NCBI RefSeq assembly: GCF_006345805.1
Contig: NC_042998.1
Location: 186,001 to 250,000, forward strand
DNA from: Octopus sinensis
Lineage: Eukaryota
DNA: 64,000 nucleotides
Direction of reading: 5' to 3'
The translations under genes were made by a program, and so were the position numbers. Within the stretch, counting starts at the first letter, position 1. Each line of letters starts with the position of its first letter. The notes below the pieces were generated by a model, which saw only the letters and a list, made by a program, of their open reading frames with translations, was not told the origin of the DNA and made no database searches. Shown here one piece after another: positions 26,071-38,482 of the stretch.

Positions 26071-26403
26071 CAAAATTCACCAAAACTATACGAACAGACA
26101 CCAACCAAAAATCATTACAGTTGCTCCCATTGGAACACAAGGTAAAATCTAAAATGAATTCCTCGCTTTTTCAAGAACATGAATTTTTTATATTTGATAG
26201 CATGAACTATCTTTTTTATATATATTTTTTTTTATAAGGTTCGTCATTTCAAGAACCGAAACATGTTAAATAAATAATGTATATATAAAAATTAAAATTT
26301 GTCTAATATAGCAGCATTTTCAAACTTCATTTTTTACAAATATATACCCACTCGTATACGAGCTAATCTTATTATAAATATATATATATATATATATATA
26401 TTA

Positions 26404-26879
26404 TTGTATTTCGGGACGGTCATTTTATTTATTATTTTTTTGCCAAATAAACACACATGCTATATATATATTTTTTTCTTCACTCGCTTATTACTGTTCC
26501 TATTTTATTATTTTAACTCATGTCCATTGTCTGGAAATCTTTTGTCACACATCTGTGACTTCTTCAGTGACACTTTTCGTTTCTGTGTGTGTTCTTGCTC
26601 CACCTACTCCATTGTGTTCTTCTAAAATGTGTATCCTTATGTGTGCATGCATCTTAGAAGAACAAAATGGAGTAAGTGGAGCAAGAATACACACAGAAAC
26701 AAAAAGTGACACTGAAGAGGTCACAGATGTGTGATGAAAGATTTCCGGACAATGGACATGAGTTAAAATAATAAAATAGGAACAGTAATAAAAGAGTGAA
26801 GGAAAAAATATACATAGTATGTGTTTATTCGGCAAAAAAGAGATAAATAAATAAGTAAAATGACCATCCCAAAATACAA
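26404..26879. repeat. Inverted repeat element (arms about 230 bp)
   Basis: 26404-26630 pairs with 26649-26879. Confidence 0.9.
26706..26751 (+). ncRNA. Degenerate hammerhead motif, homologous to 46760
   Basis: CTGAAGA-G-GTCACA-GATG-TGTGAT-GAAA-GATTTC, but stem I is poorly paired. Confidence 0.5.
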
Positions 26880-26941
26880 CAATATCTGTTTCAATACTCG
26901 ATTTTACATCAGGAATCTTGCAAAACAAATTGATAAATGCG

Positions 26942-26979
<38 letters not shown>

Positions 26980-26993
26980 TACATCACACATAC

Positions 26994-27042
<49 letters not shown>

Positions 27043-27045
<3 letters not shown>

Positions 27046-27475
27046 TCTTTTACTTGTTTCAGTCATTTGACTGCGGCCATGCTGGAGCACCGCCTTTAAT
27101 TGAGCAACTCGACCCCGGGACTTATTCTTTTGTAAGTCCAGTACTTATTCTACGGGTCTCTTTTGCAGACCGCTCAGTAACGGGGACATAAACACACCAG
27201 CATCGGTTGTCAAGCAATACTAGGGGGACAAACACAGACGCACAAACATATATATATATAATATATATATATATAATATATATATATATATATAATATAT
27301 ATATATACATACAACGGGCTTCTTTCAGTTTCTGTCTACCAAATCCACTCACAAGGCTTTGGTTGGCCCGAGGCTATAGTTGATGACACTTGCCCAAGGT
27401 GCCACGCAGTGGGACTGAACCTGGAACCATGTGGTTGGTAAACAAGCTACTTACCACACAGCCACTCCTGCGCCT
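27043..27475 (-). mobile_element. SINE family A, flanked by (TA)n on both sides
   Basis: Young-looking copy with CpGs retained. Confidence 0.9.
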
Positions 27476-27633
27476 ATATATATATATATATATAATATAT
27501 ATATATATAAACATATACATACATACATCACACATACATATATATATGTATATGAACATATATATATATATATATATACACATACATACAAATATAAACA
27601 TATATACACACATATATATATACATATATATAC

Positions 27634-27683
<50 letters not shown>

Positions 27684-27723
27684 CATACATACATACATAC
27701 ATATATACACATATATACATGCA

Positions 27724-27754
<31 letters not shown>

Positions 27755-27785
27755 GTATACATATACATACATATGTATATATATT
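27476..27785. repeat. Complex (TA)n/(TACA)n microsatellite
   Basis: Direct reading. Confidence 0.97.
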
Positions 27786-28168
27786 ATCAGTTGTACATAC
27801 ACAATGTATGTGTTTTGTTTATATGACAATTTGCTGTGGGATAAGCTCCTGGGAAAGCTCCCTACATGACGCTGAGTGTTAAACTTGGTGTCACGTAGAG
27901 AGTTTTCCCGGGATGCTACGCCACAGCAAATTGTTGTATAAACGAATCTCGTACACTGTGTACGTGCAACTGGTATATTTACATTATTAGAGTTGTTTTT
28001 CATTCAAAATTTAATCAGATATATATATTGTAATGCATTTTAAAATAGTGTGATAACAAATATTAGAAAGAAATATAGCGTATATATATATATGCTATAC
28101 ACACACATAATGTATTAATGAATTCAAATCATATAACATAATATTAGTGACCAATGAAATATTAGTAT

Positions 28169-28648
28169 TACAGTAAAACCCTGATAAGTGGTACATTTAA
28201 TCCTTTTGATTCAGCATGGTATACAAGAGTTTTAGAGTTTCATCCTACAGTCTACTTTTGAAAGAATGTATTTATAATAATATTAGACTTTTATTACCGC
28301 ATTTTCTTGCATAATTAACAACAACAAAAAAGTTGGCTTATACATTAAGACAATTTTGGAAGATAAATAATTTCATGTGAAATGCAGGAAAATTTGGAAA
28401 GATAGTGATGGTATTTTAGTTTATACAACATGTTCATACTACATGTTATGTTAACTTGTATGCCAGAAATTGCGGTAATTGTAATTTACAAGTTTTACTA
28501 TCTTTATATTACACATAATATTATCTCTTAAGATTCCACCCCTATATAGACTATATTATAAGAATTCTGGAAGAATGTCTTTTTTTTTGCTTATCATGGT
28601 ATTTCATTTTGGAGATATAAACAAAACACTTAACAAAGCATTACTGTA
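28169..28648. mobile_element. Tc1/pogo-type MITE containing a nested second MITE (28295-28477)
   Basis: Outer TA-CAGTAAAACCCTGATAAGTG versus reverse complement TA-CAGTAATGCTTTGTTAAGTG. Inner TA-CCGCATTTTCTTGCATA versus TA-CCGCAATTTCTGGCATA. Confidence 0.6.
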
Positions 28649-29461
28649 TGTTAATGATTTCACAACAAATTACAATAAATATTAATATTTTTGTATTGAC
28701 TTGTATTAGTGTCACAGGAAATAGCATTGGTAACAATTATAACATGAACTTCTTAAACATATAATGATGAATAATAAGAGCAAAAAAACAACAACAAAAC
28801 AGCCAAAGCAACAGACATGACAGAGGACAACACCTTTGTAGATCAACATTCTGCACAGATAGTATATCAAAGGTTGGGTTTGTTGTATCAGGATTAGCAA
28901 AAATGAAAATATAGCTCCACATTTATTGATATTGTATATCATCACTAAACTACACACACACCTGTAAAATGATTAAATGTTTTTTTAAGCAATGGCACTT
29001 ACTGACTGTTTTATTCATTTTAGAATTCATCTGAATGAAGCATGACTGGTCTTGTAAATGCCATCATCTAAATAATCAAGTAGCCCCATTCTCTTATTGA
29101 GTAATTTGCCTTATATTCTGGATACACACACACACACAAACACACACATCACTACTTAACTGTAGTAAACTGCTCTGAGAATGACCAAGTATCTACTTTG
29201 GGATTGATAGCTAGATTAAAAGCCACAATTTCTGATAGATCCGTCAATTCATTTTGTATATTGATGCATTATATATTAACACATTAACTAGTTTCAACTT
29301 GAGAGCTGTGGCCATGCTGGGACACCGCCATTTATTGCTGGAAAAAGACATACATTTCTGCCATGCTAGGCATTATAATAATATAAGTCTCTTCAAGTCA
29401 AGCTGCCACTTCTCTCAATTGAGAGGTTACAGCTCTGGTACTATTGACATATAATTAGAAT

Positions 29462-29660
29462 CCTACAGGAAAAAATTGCAAGATGGATTCCTCAAGCCAA
29501 GCCAAGTAGCAGGAGACCTAGGGGTGGACAATGAACAAAATGGTTGGACAATATCCATAGTCTCAGTTGGTACACTCTTGGGAATCCAGCTGGTTACTTC
29601 TGATAGTACCCTATAGAAGAGATGCCTGAATAGTCTACCCCACAGAAATTGCTGGCTTTC
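29462..29660 (+). mobile_element. Decayed RTE-like LINE C-terminus
   Basis: ARWIPQAKPSSRRPRGGQ*TKWLDNIHSLSWYTLGIQ resembles the RPRGRPR.RW.D C-terminal motif of RTE ORFs. Confidence 0.5.
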
Positions 29661-29720
29661 TGCCAGAATTTGAAACCAATATTGCTTGGAGTGTAGTATA
29701 GAAAAGAATGTATGGGGTAC

Positions 29721-29985
29721 AATAAAAATAAAATAAATGCACCCTTTTAAATCCTATCAAGGCTCATGGGTCTGGTTTCCCACTTTCTATGGCGTATGTG
29801 TTCCCCAGCTGGACGGGACACCAGTCCATTGCAGCGTTACTCATTTTTTCCAGCTGAGTGGACTGGAGCAACGTGAAATAAAGTGTTTTGCTCAAGAACA
29901 CAATGCATCACCCGGTCCAGGAATCGAAACCACAATCTTATGATCATGGTGCTGACACCTTAACCACTAAGCCATGCGCCTCCAC
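29721..29985 (-). mobile_element. tRNA-derived SINE
   Basis: Minus head gtggaggcgcatggcttagtggttaaggtgtcagc...ggtttcgattcc. Related copies at about 17030-17222, 23674-24005, 35690-35910, 40441-40776, 42215-42550 and 53643-53857. Confidence 0.8.
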
Positions 29986-29992
29986 ATGGAGT

Positions 29993-30026
<34 letters not shown>

Positions 30027-30677
30027 TCCTGATATCTAAGTTCTTTAAGAAAATGAAATAAAATAAGTAAAATGAATTTTGTAAATGTAGTGTAGTGAAG
30101 ATCTTATTGGCACTTAAACTGAATTTTGGAAAATGGAGGGTAAAGTTGCTCCCTGCAGGGTTTCGACTTAAAACAAAGTGGTACAAAATAAGGTACAGAA
30201 TTTTATATCTTAAGGCACATATTTTCCCTCTGTATAATTCCACACCATTTCCTATATTCCAAATATAATGGAACTAATTTTTACATTTGGACAATTAGCT
30301 AGCTCAGATTTCTAAAGAGACACATTGAATACACAATGCAATTGTATTCAGATGCTATTAATTAACTAATACCTATTTACATATTACATATCTTAAGCAC
30401 TATTTATGCTCAATTTCTAAGAATGCCATAGTTGGAATTTGTCTTTTCTTAAAAATCATTTCAGGTATATTTACAGCTGACAGTCACTCATGAGTATAGC
30501 TTTGTGACATGTATCATGCTTTATTAATTGTTATGGGTGCTCACAAGATCACAAGCAGACATAGGAACCTTTAATCCAACTGGATATTAGGATGTGATTG
30601 CTAGAGAGAGAGTGAGAGAGAAGGAAGGAGAAAGAGAGGGAAGGAGAGAGAGGAGGGAGTGAGAGAGAGAGAGAGGA

Positions 30678-30723
<46 letters not shown>

Positions 30724-32861
30724 AGCACCAGTACCCAGCTGGTACTGGTTTACAGCTGATTAAATTAGAGCAAATTAAAATGAAGTGCCTTACTTAAGGA
30801 CACAAAAGTCATCCCCTCAGTATAGGAGTTGAATACATGACATCATAACTGTGACCTGAATATCCTAACCACAAGGTCATGAGCCGTCAAGTATGATTTA
30901 CTAAAGCAAGTACTTTCTTTTTATAGCTGGAAAGATTTTCATAACAAAAGTTATTCAACAATGAAATGGGAGTGGTGTGTCTGTTTAAGTTTCAAAACAA
31001 ACAACTGGGACAAGAAGAGCAATGCAACTGACCTAAAAACACTACCTGATGTTTTACAAAAACGTTTGGTATCTTTCTTATTTGATCTTTAGGCCAATAA
31101 TCAAGCACCTTAACTATGCAACCACTGCTTAAAGTCTTAAAGTTTCTGTCCCTCAATACTTGTCTTGTAGAGAACTTGGTAAACCCATTGCTGCTGGTGC
31201 CAAGTAAAAAGTAGTAAGTATACTCTGTAAAGTGGTTGATGTTAGGTAAGGTAGCCAGCCACAGAAACCATGCCAAAACAGAGAGCAGGGCCTGATGCAG
31301 GCTTCTGTAGTTTCAGTTTGTTGAACTGTCCAATCCACACCAGCATGAAAAACAAACATCAAATGATGATGATGATGATGATAATGAAAACACACACACA
31401 AATAAATATATGCATGTATATACATTACAAATTGTGAGGTTAAAGTGATATCTTTTTAACTGCATTATTATATTTACTCTCCAAACCTTGAAACTCTACA
31501 ACCTTTGCTACAGAAGATTTCCAATCAGTCAGTGCAACTAACAAGAGAGATTGACAGTAAGAAGGGTATCTAACTGTAAAAATAAATCACTCCAACAACA
31601 TACCTGTATAAAATATTAAATAACTAACCACATCCACCTTAGGCTTGCATGGAGAAAAATTCACGTAAAAATTATAGATGTGGGAGAAAGGTTGACTCAA
31701 AGACTTACATGACAACCAGCTAAAATGTATATTGTTTCCAATACTATGTTGTTTGTGGCCAAGACATAACTCTTTACAGCTCTGAATCCAACTAGCTCTA
31801 AGAACTGTTAGGGGTTATAGTTCACACCGGTTTCAATTACTGATGAGCATTTTACTGTATTGCAATGTCAAAGTTAATTCTATTGGCAGGTGAAAAACTA
31901 CGTGCGATAGACTAACATTTTATTTGTAGGGAGATTTTGCTATCAACCAATCAACCCTTTTGTAACCTATTTCAAATAGGAATATATTCTGCTCCTGTGT
32001 TTTAATTTTCAAAATTAATCAAGAAGTATAAGAGATTTAATAAGAAGCAATTTATTACCCACTGAAATCTCATCATTTTCCATCTAATTATGATATTTCA
32101 GGTCCATACTTGAATTGAAATTTCAACGTTTTATGAGTGATGGTGCCAAGAAGGTTCGTGTAGAATGGGTTAATGCTATTGCAACTGGAGATACACACCA
32201 GATTTATAGAATCATATGATTCAGAAATGGATTAGGTTTATAGAATTAGAAATCTTATATATGATGTATGGTAATGCATAGTAATATAAATGAAGAGAAA
32301 AAGTTTTTAAAAAAATGATGGAAAGCAAGATAAATTGAAGTCTCATTACAGAAATAGATAAAGAAAAATGTATAAATCCCAGAGATATAGAATACAGAAT
32401 AACATTTTGGTATAAATGAAATATTGAATGTTTCAGGATACTAATGAAGAATCCTGCAAAACAATACACCCATTAGATATGATAAGATGGTAAGATATTG
32501 AAGACCAAGAGAAAAGCAAAATATCATATAATATAATATAGTCTATACAGGCATATATATATAGATATATATATACATACATACATACATATATATATTC
32601 CTTATATAAAGCAAATATAGTTTTAATTTTGTTGATTGTATCGTTTCTTTCCAAGCAAAAATTAAGAGTCACACATGAAAAAAATTAAAAGTTTAATATT
32701 TTTTTCAATTTATTTCAATCTTTTTTTTTTAAAGACATCATTATAAATAAACATTATTATTTTTTTTTTAGCATGAGACAAACAGACAGAGACAATGAAA
32801 CAACAAAAACATGAAGTGTCAATTTATCAGAAACAAAATGTGCACAGAGATAACAAAATTG

Positions 32862-32931
32862 TGATATATATATATATATATATTATATATACATGTGTTT
32901 GAGTGTGTGTATATATATGTATATATGTATG

Positions 32932-32982
<51 letters not shown>

Positions 32983-33132
32983 TATATATATGTATATATA
33001 TAATATATATATAAATATATATGTATATATATATATGTATATAATAAATATATATGTATATATATATGTATATATATAAATATATATGTATATATATATG
33101 TATATATATAAATATATATGTATATATATATG

Positions 33133-33205
<73 letters not shown>
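32862..33205. repeat. Complex (TA)n microsatellite
   Basis: Direct reading. Confidence 0.97.
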
Positions 33206-34179
33206 TATTTATAAGTACAACATTGAACAGAAGAGCTCTGATGATTTTATGAAGCAAATTTAGCATGCATCAGCAGGAAAGAAGCACAGTGCCTTAGTGC
33301 AGTGCCCAGAAAAAGGATAACGCTAAAAAGAAGATATTTAACACCCAAAATTCCAAAAAGGGTTATTTCAAAAGTAGTTTTACTTTTTCATATAATATTT
33401 ACAAAATAATAAGCTTATGACCTCTGGAAGTTCAACTGCAGTGTAGTTAAATTAAAAGAAAAGACAAATGTATGTAGAGGTGTAAATGTCCATAAATGCA
33501 TGTAGATGCATATCCCTGTATGAGAATATGCACATTTGTAGAAATATATATACATAGGTAATATGTGTGTGTGTATGTGTGCATATGTAAGTGTTAGGAT
33601 TTTTAGAGTAAGGTTTTATATAGTGTTTTCTATATGGTGTGAATAACATCTTTCTTTATTGAATTGTTTAATAGAGGTTTTTCTCTAAATTATATACAAA
33701 TATTATACATATGCATACACATACATATATATATATATATCACACACACACACATTAAAAAAACCCATGTGTATGTACATATGTGTGTGTGTGTATATAT
33801 ATATATATATGTAAATCTACATATAGTCATGTAATGTATATATTTTATTGTACTGCTGAATTAGCATAACTAGATAATAAAATAAGGTTATGTAATTATA
33901 AGGCCAAAGAAAAGAAAAATAGCTGGAATTCATTGAAACCATGTATGATCTATGATCCTGTATGTAGTTCTTATATTTGTTAGCTGGGTATGGGCAGGAT
34001 ATGTATATATATATATATATATGTAGGTGCAGTCATGACTGTAAGAAGTTTGCTTCTGAACCACACGATCTTGTGTTCAATTCCACTGTGTGGTATATTG
34101 GGTAACTTCTACTATAACTCCAGACTGACCTAAAGCGTTATGAGTGGATTTAGTAGATGGGAACTGAAAGATGTCCATC

Positions 34180-34230
<51 letters not shown>

Positions 34231-34238
34231 TATATATA

Positions 34239-34463
34239 TACTCTTTTACTCTTTTATTTGTTTCAGTCATTTGACTGTGGCCATGCTGGAGCACTGCCTT
34301 TAGTCGAGCAAATCAACCCCAGGACTTATTCTTTGGAAACATAGTACATATTCTATTGGTCTCTTTTGCTGAACCACTAAGTTATGGGGTTGTAAACACA
34401 CCAGCACTGGTTGTCAACAGATGTTGGGGGGACAAACACACACACACACATATATATATATAC

Positions 34464-34510
<47 letters not shown>

Positions 34511-34675
34511 TATGACGGGCTTCTTTCAGTTTCCGTCTACCAAATCCACTCACAAGGCTTTGGTCAACCCGAGGCTATAGTAGAAGACACTTCCTCAAGG
34601 TGCCACGCAGTGGGACTGAACCGGAACCATGTGGTTGGTAAGCAAGCTACTTACCACACAGCCACTCCTACACCT
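34239..34675 (-). mobile_element. SINE family A
   Basis: Full copy in a (TA)n context. A head-only copy in the opposite orientation lies at about 34025-34180. Confidence 0.88.
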
Positions 34676-34746
34676 ATATATATATATGACGATGATGATA
34701 TATATATATATATTGGAAAATGTGTGAGATCCTTGGTACAGTTACG

Positions 34747-35054
34747 TATATTTGAAAGAGGAAAAGAATGGCTTCACTAGTAGTTCTATCAATTTAATTT
34801 TTTAATAATATAATTTTACAGTTTGGTTTGTAGATCTGCTAAGTTCTTTGTTAACTTCCGTTGGATCAACAATCACCACCAATGAATGCAAAAAGTTTTC
34901 CAGAAAAGTTATCGAAGAATCTTTAAAAAATCTCCCCACCAAAATTAACTAAGAACTTAGCAGATCTACAAACCAAACTGTAGAATTATATTATTAAAAA
35001 ATTAAATCGATAGAACTATCAGTGAAGTCATTCTTTTCCTCTTTCAAATATATA
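34747..35054. repeat. Inverted repeat element (arms about 108 bp, loop about 90 bp)
   Basis: 34747-34853 pairs with 34945-35054. Confidence 0.9.
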
Positions 35055-35128
35055 TATATATATATATATATATGCGTGTGTATACACACACACACACATA
35101 CATACACAAATATACATACATGTGTGTG

Positions 35129-35188
<60 letters not shown>

Positions 35189-35257
35189 TAGGGAATAAAT
35201 CCAAACTTACAGGGAAAAATCAGATTTAGGATTGAATTCAATTTTATAGTAAAATAT

Positions 35258-35648
35258 TATATTATATTAAATTAGAGATAAAACCACTATTAGGCAAATC
35301 AAACAATGAAAAACTTAAGCCAATACATAAAATTAATTAATTTATATTATTTTAAATATATATCAAAATTATTAAAAGTTTAATAAAAGATAATGAGTAA
35401 AACACTACGATCGTTTCATGGCTGTCCAATTCGTATTAATTCGAGTTATGGTTACAGTCAATCTTCAGGTGATTGAAATATTTATCTTAGCGAGGTTTAG
35501 TGTTTTACCCATTATCTTTTATTAAACTTTTAATAATTTTGATATATATTTAAAATAATAAAAATTAATTAATTTTATGTATTGGCTTAAGTTTTTCATT
35601 GTTTGATTTGCCTAATAGTGGTTTTATCTCTAATTTAATATAATATAT
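35258..35648. repeat. Inverted repeat element (arms about 150 bp, near-perfect)
   Basis: 35258-35407 pairs with 35498-35648. Confidence 0.92.
35403..35471 (-). ncRNA. Minimal type I hammerhead ribozyme motif
   Basis: CAC-CTGAAGA-T-TGACTGT..(28 nt)..ACAGCCA-T-GAAA-CGATCG-TA-GTG: intact core, 3-bp stem I, palindromic stem III (ACGATCGT) and a GUA cleavage triplet. Confidence 0.65.
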
Positions 35649-36045
35649 ATATATATATCATATGACAAAAGGATAAAAGATCCTTCTAGGGCCATATACT
35701 TATAAGGCTGGTTTCTCAGATTCTGTGGTGTATGTATTGCCTACCTGGACAGGACACTGTCCTGTTGCAGGAATACTCATTTCTAGCACAGGAGCAATAA
35801 GAAATTAAGTGTTGTTGTTCAAGAACACACCACATTGTCCAATCCAGGAACTGAAACCACAATCTTATGATCATGAGTGCAGTACCCTAACCACTAAGTC
35901 ATGTACTTCACATATACACACACACACGTGTGTGTGTGTGCATACATACATAATATGATCATCAATAACAGCTGAAACCTGAACAGAAAAATTGTCGTGC
36001 ACTGAACATATTAATTTCTACTTTATATATATATATATATATATA

Positions 36046-36214
36046 TATAAATGTAATATGTGACAATTATTTGGTAGCCATGATAAAACTCTGAGTTTCG
36101 GATGCCGAGGTGGAAATCCGTGCCGCCATCTCTTCAGTTATCCGGCCATCCTTGGCATCTGAAACTCGGAGTTTTATCTTGGCTATTGAATAATTGTCAC
36201 ATATTACATTTATA
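36046..36214. repeat. Inverted repeat element (arms about 64 bp)
   Basis: 36046-36109 pairs with 36151-36214. Confidence 0.88.
36082..36142 (-). ncRNA. Minimal type I hammerhead ribozyme motif
   Basis: GATAA-CTGAAGA-GATG..CATC-C-GAAA-CTC-A-GAG-TT-TTATC: 5-bp stem I, intact core and a GUU triplet. Confidence 0.6.
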
Positions 36215-38391
36215 AACAAATTCCTCTATTTACATAATATCGAGGTCTCTTTCATTCTTTTGTTGTCTTACCATTTTTATCAATATATATATATATGTAT
36301 GTATATTTAGGATACTATCTTATTAATTATTGATCTTTATTTTGGCGCCAAGAGCAAGATTTTTAAGGAGTAGGAGCTACAGTTCCACCATTACTACTAA
36401 TAGTTATCATAGCATTCCTATTCTCATTCACAAGGACTTGAATGCAGAAAGATGTGCACTGTACTACTATTTCAGTCAACTCAACAACCACAGCCCTTTG
36501 GACATAGCAAACGATACAAGTTAAGCTAAATTAAGATTTGATCAGATTATTTTTATTTGGTTAAATATTTTATTTGAGCAACTGAGGTGGTTGATACTGC
36601 TTTTTGTACTCTAAAAAAAAGTTAAAAAAGCAGAAATGGAAAAGCTCCAGGTGCTGTTTAGACCCGGGTCAGCTCTAACTGAACAAATCTATGATTAAAA
36701 GCATCCTTTCCATGACCATCTCATCTTAATTTCGGGTATAATATTTCTAGGACTACGTTATCAATTGTGCCATTTTTTTTTTTTATAAGAGGGTATGGTA
36801 TAACTTAATTTGAGGGAAATTTGGTTGCTATTTCTAGCAGATTAACCAGCTGCCTAGAGATGCCCTAGTTAACAACTAGAAAATTTCTGTTTTACCTTAG
36901 ATGATTTAAAAACCAGCTAAAAAAGACTTTGGTGAATTTAATAGAATGTAAATGTCTATATGTCTCAAATGGGTTGTTAATATGAATTTTATTATTTGAC
37001 TATCTATTAATCTCATTTTTAAAGATAAAACATTTTTTAACAATATTTACATCTACATTATATTTTGGTAAGTTTGACCTGCAATCAGCATAAGTTATCT
37101 TATTCTTGGGATGGGCATATAGTTTCAGGCTGGATTCAAACTAGTGACCTTTACATATTCCATTTATTTATTCTAAGAGAAGACAGTGACCCAGTAGAAT
37201 CATTAGCAGGTCAGAGAAAATGCTTAGCAGTGTTTTTCCTGGCTCTTTAACTTCTCAGTACAAATTCTATCGAGGTTAATTTCGCCTTTCATCCTCTTGA
37301 GGTCAATAAAATAAGTACAAATCAAGTACTGGACTTGATGTAGCTGATTCACCTCTCCCCACAAAATTGTGGGCCTTCTACCAAACTTATTGAGAATTTA
37401 TTAACCTAATTTCAGGCATTGCTTGGTTAAAACAACTATGCTTGAACTGGTCTCATTGTGGATGACTTTTCCTATAGCACCAGGCTAATTGATGCCATGT
37501 GAGTGAAACTGGGAGATGGAAACTGGGGGGAAAGACAAGCACATAAAAACACACGCACACTCATGTGTGAGTGTGTGTTTGTGTGTGCCTGTCTCTGTAT
37601 TTGTCTTTACGTTGACATCATCATCATCGTTTGACATCCCTGTTTCATGCTGGCATAGATTGAATCTGATGAACCTAAGAACCGCATCAAGCTACTATAT
37701 CTGTTTTGGCGTGGTTTCTATGGCTGGATACCCTTCCTAATGCTAACAACTTCATAACATGTACTGGGTACTTTCTTTCATGCCACCAGCACTAATGAGG
37801 TTGCCCTGCAGCTTGTAAAGCAAAAAGTTTTATATATACAAGTTTTATATATACAATGTTTGGGGCAGGTGATGAGAGGAAAAGTACATGATTCATGTAG
37901 CAGATTTTATGTGTTTGAAGATGATGATGCACTCAACTGATATTTCAAGTTTCTTGCTTGAGTGCATTTATTCAGACTACAAAGAGACTGTCTGAAAAAA
38001 CAGTATCATGTGTCAATATCCCACAACTAAGTGGTGCAACAAACACAGATCTCAAAGTTAAGTACAGAACTTAAAAATAAAAACTAGGTTGGATATGACT
38101 GCCTAAAACTCTTTCAGCTGTGGGGTGGGGAGAGCACGGTCATGAGTCAATGATTGAAATAAGTAAAAGAATATGCATACAGTTGCTAAACTAGCTATCC
38201 ATTTAAGAATTAAGACACCTGATGATAAGGACTGAAAATCAAAAAGAGAGAATCATAGAGTAGATGCAAAAAGTATAAAAAAAGAATTCTTCATTACTAA
38301 AGATGCAGTTAATCATCCAAAAAAATTATCATTTTATTAATTACTGGGAATATCACCCAAACAAATCCCAACACCCAGTTTTGCTGCTGCA

Positions 38392-38392
<1 letters not shown>

Positions 38393-38481
<89 letters not shown>
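38393..38481. repeat. (AAT)n microsatellite
   Basis: Direct reading. Others lie at 42560-42622, 43098-43156 and 55375-55520. Confidence 0.97.

Positions 38482-38482
<1 letters not shown>

Noticed and set aside
38215-38250. CTGATGA...GAAA spacing resembling a hammerhead
   Set aside because: No stem II, stem III or stem I pairing.
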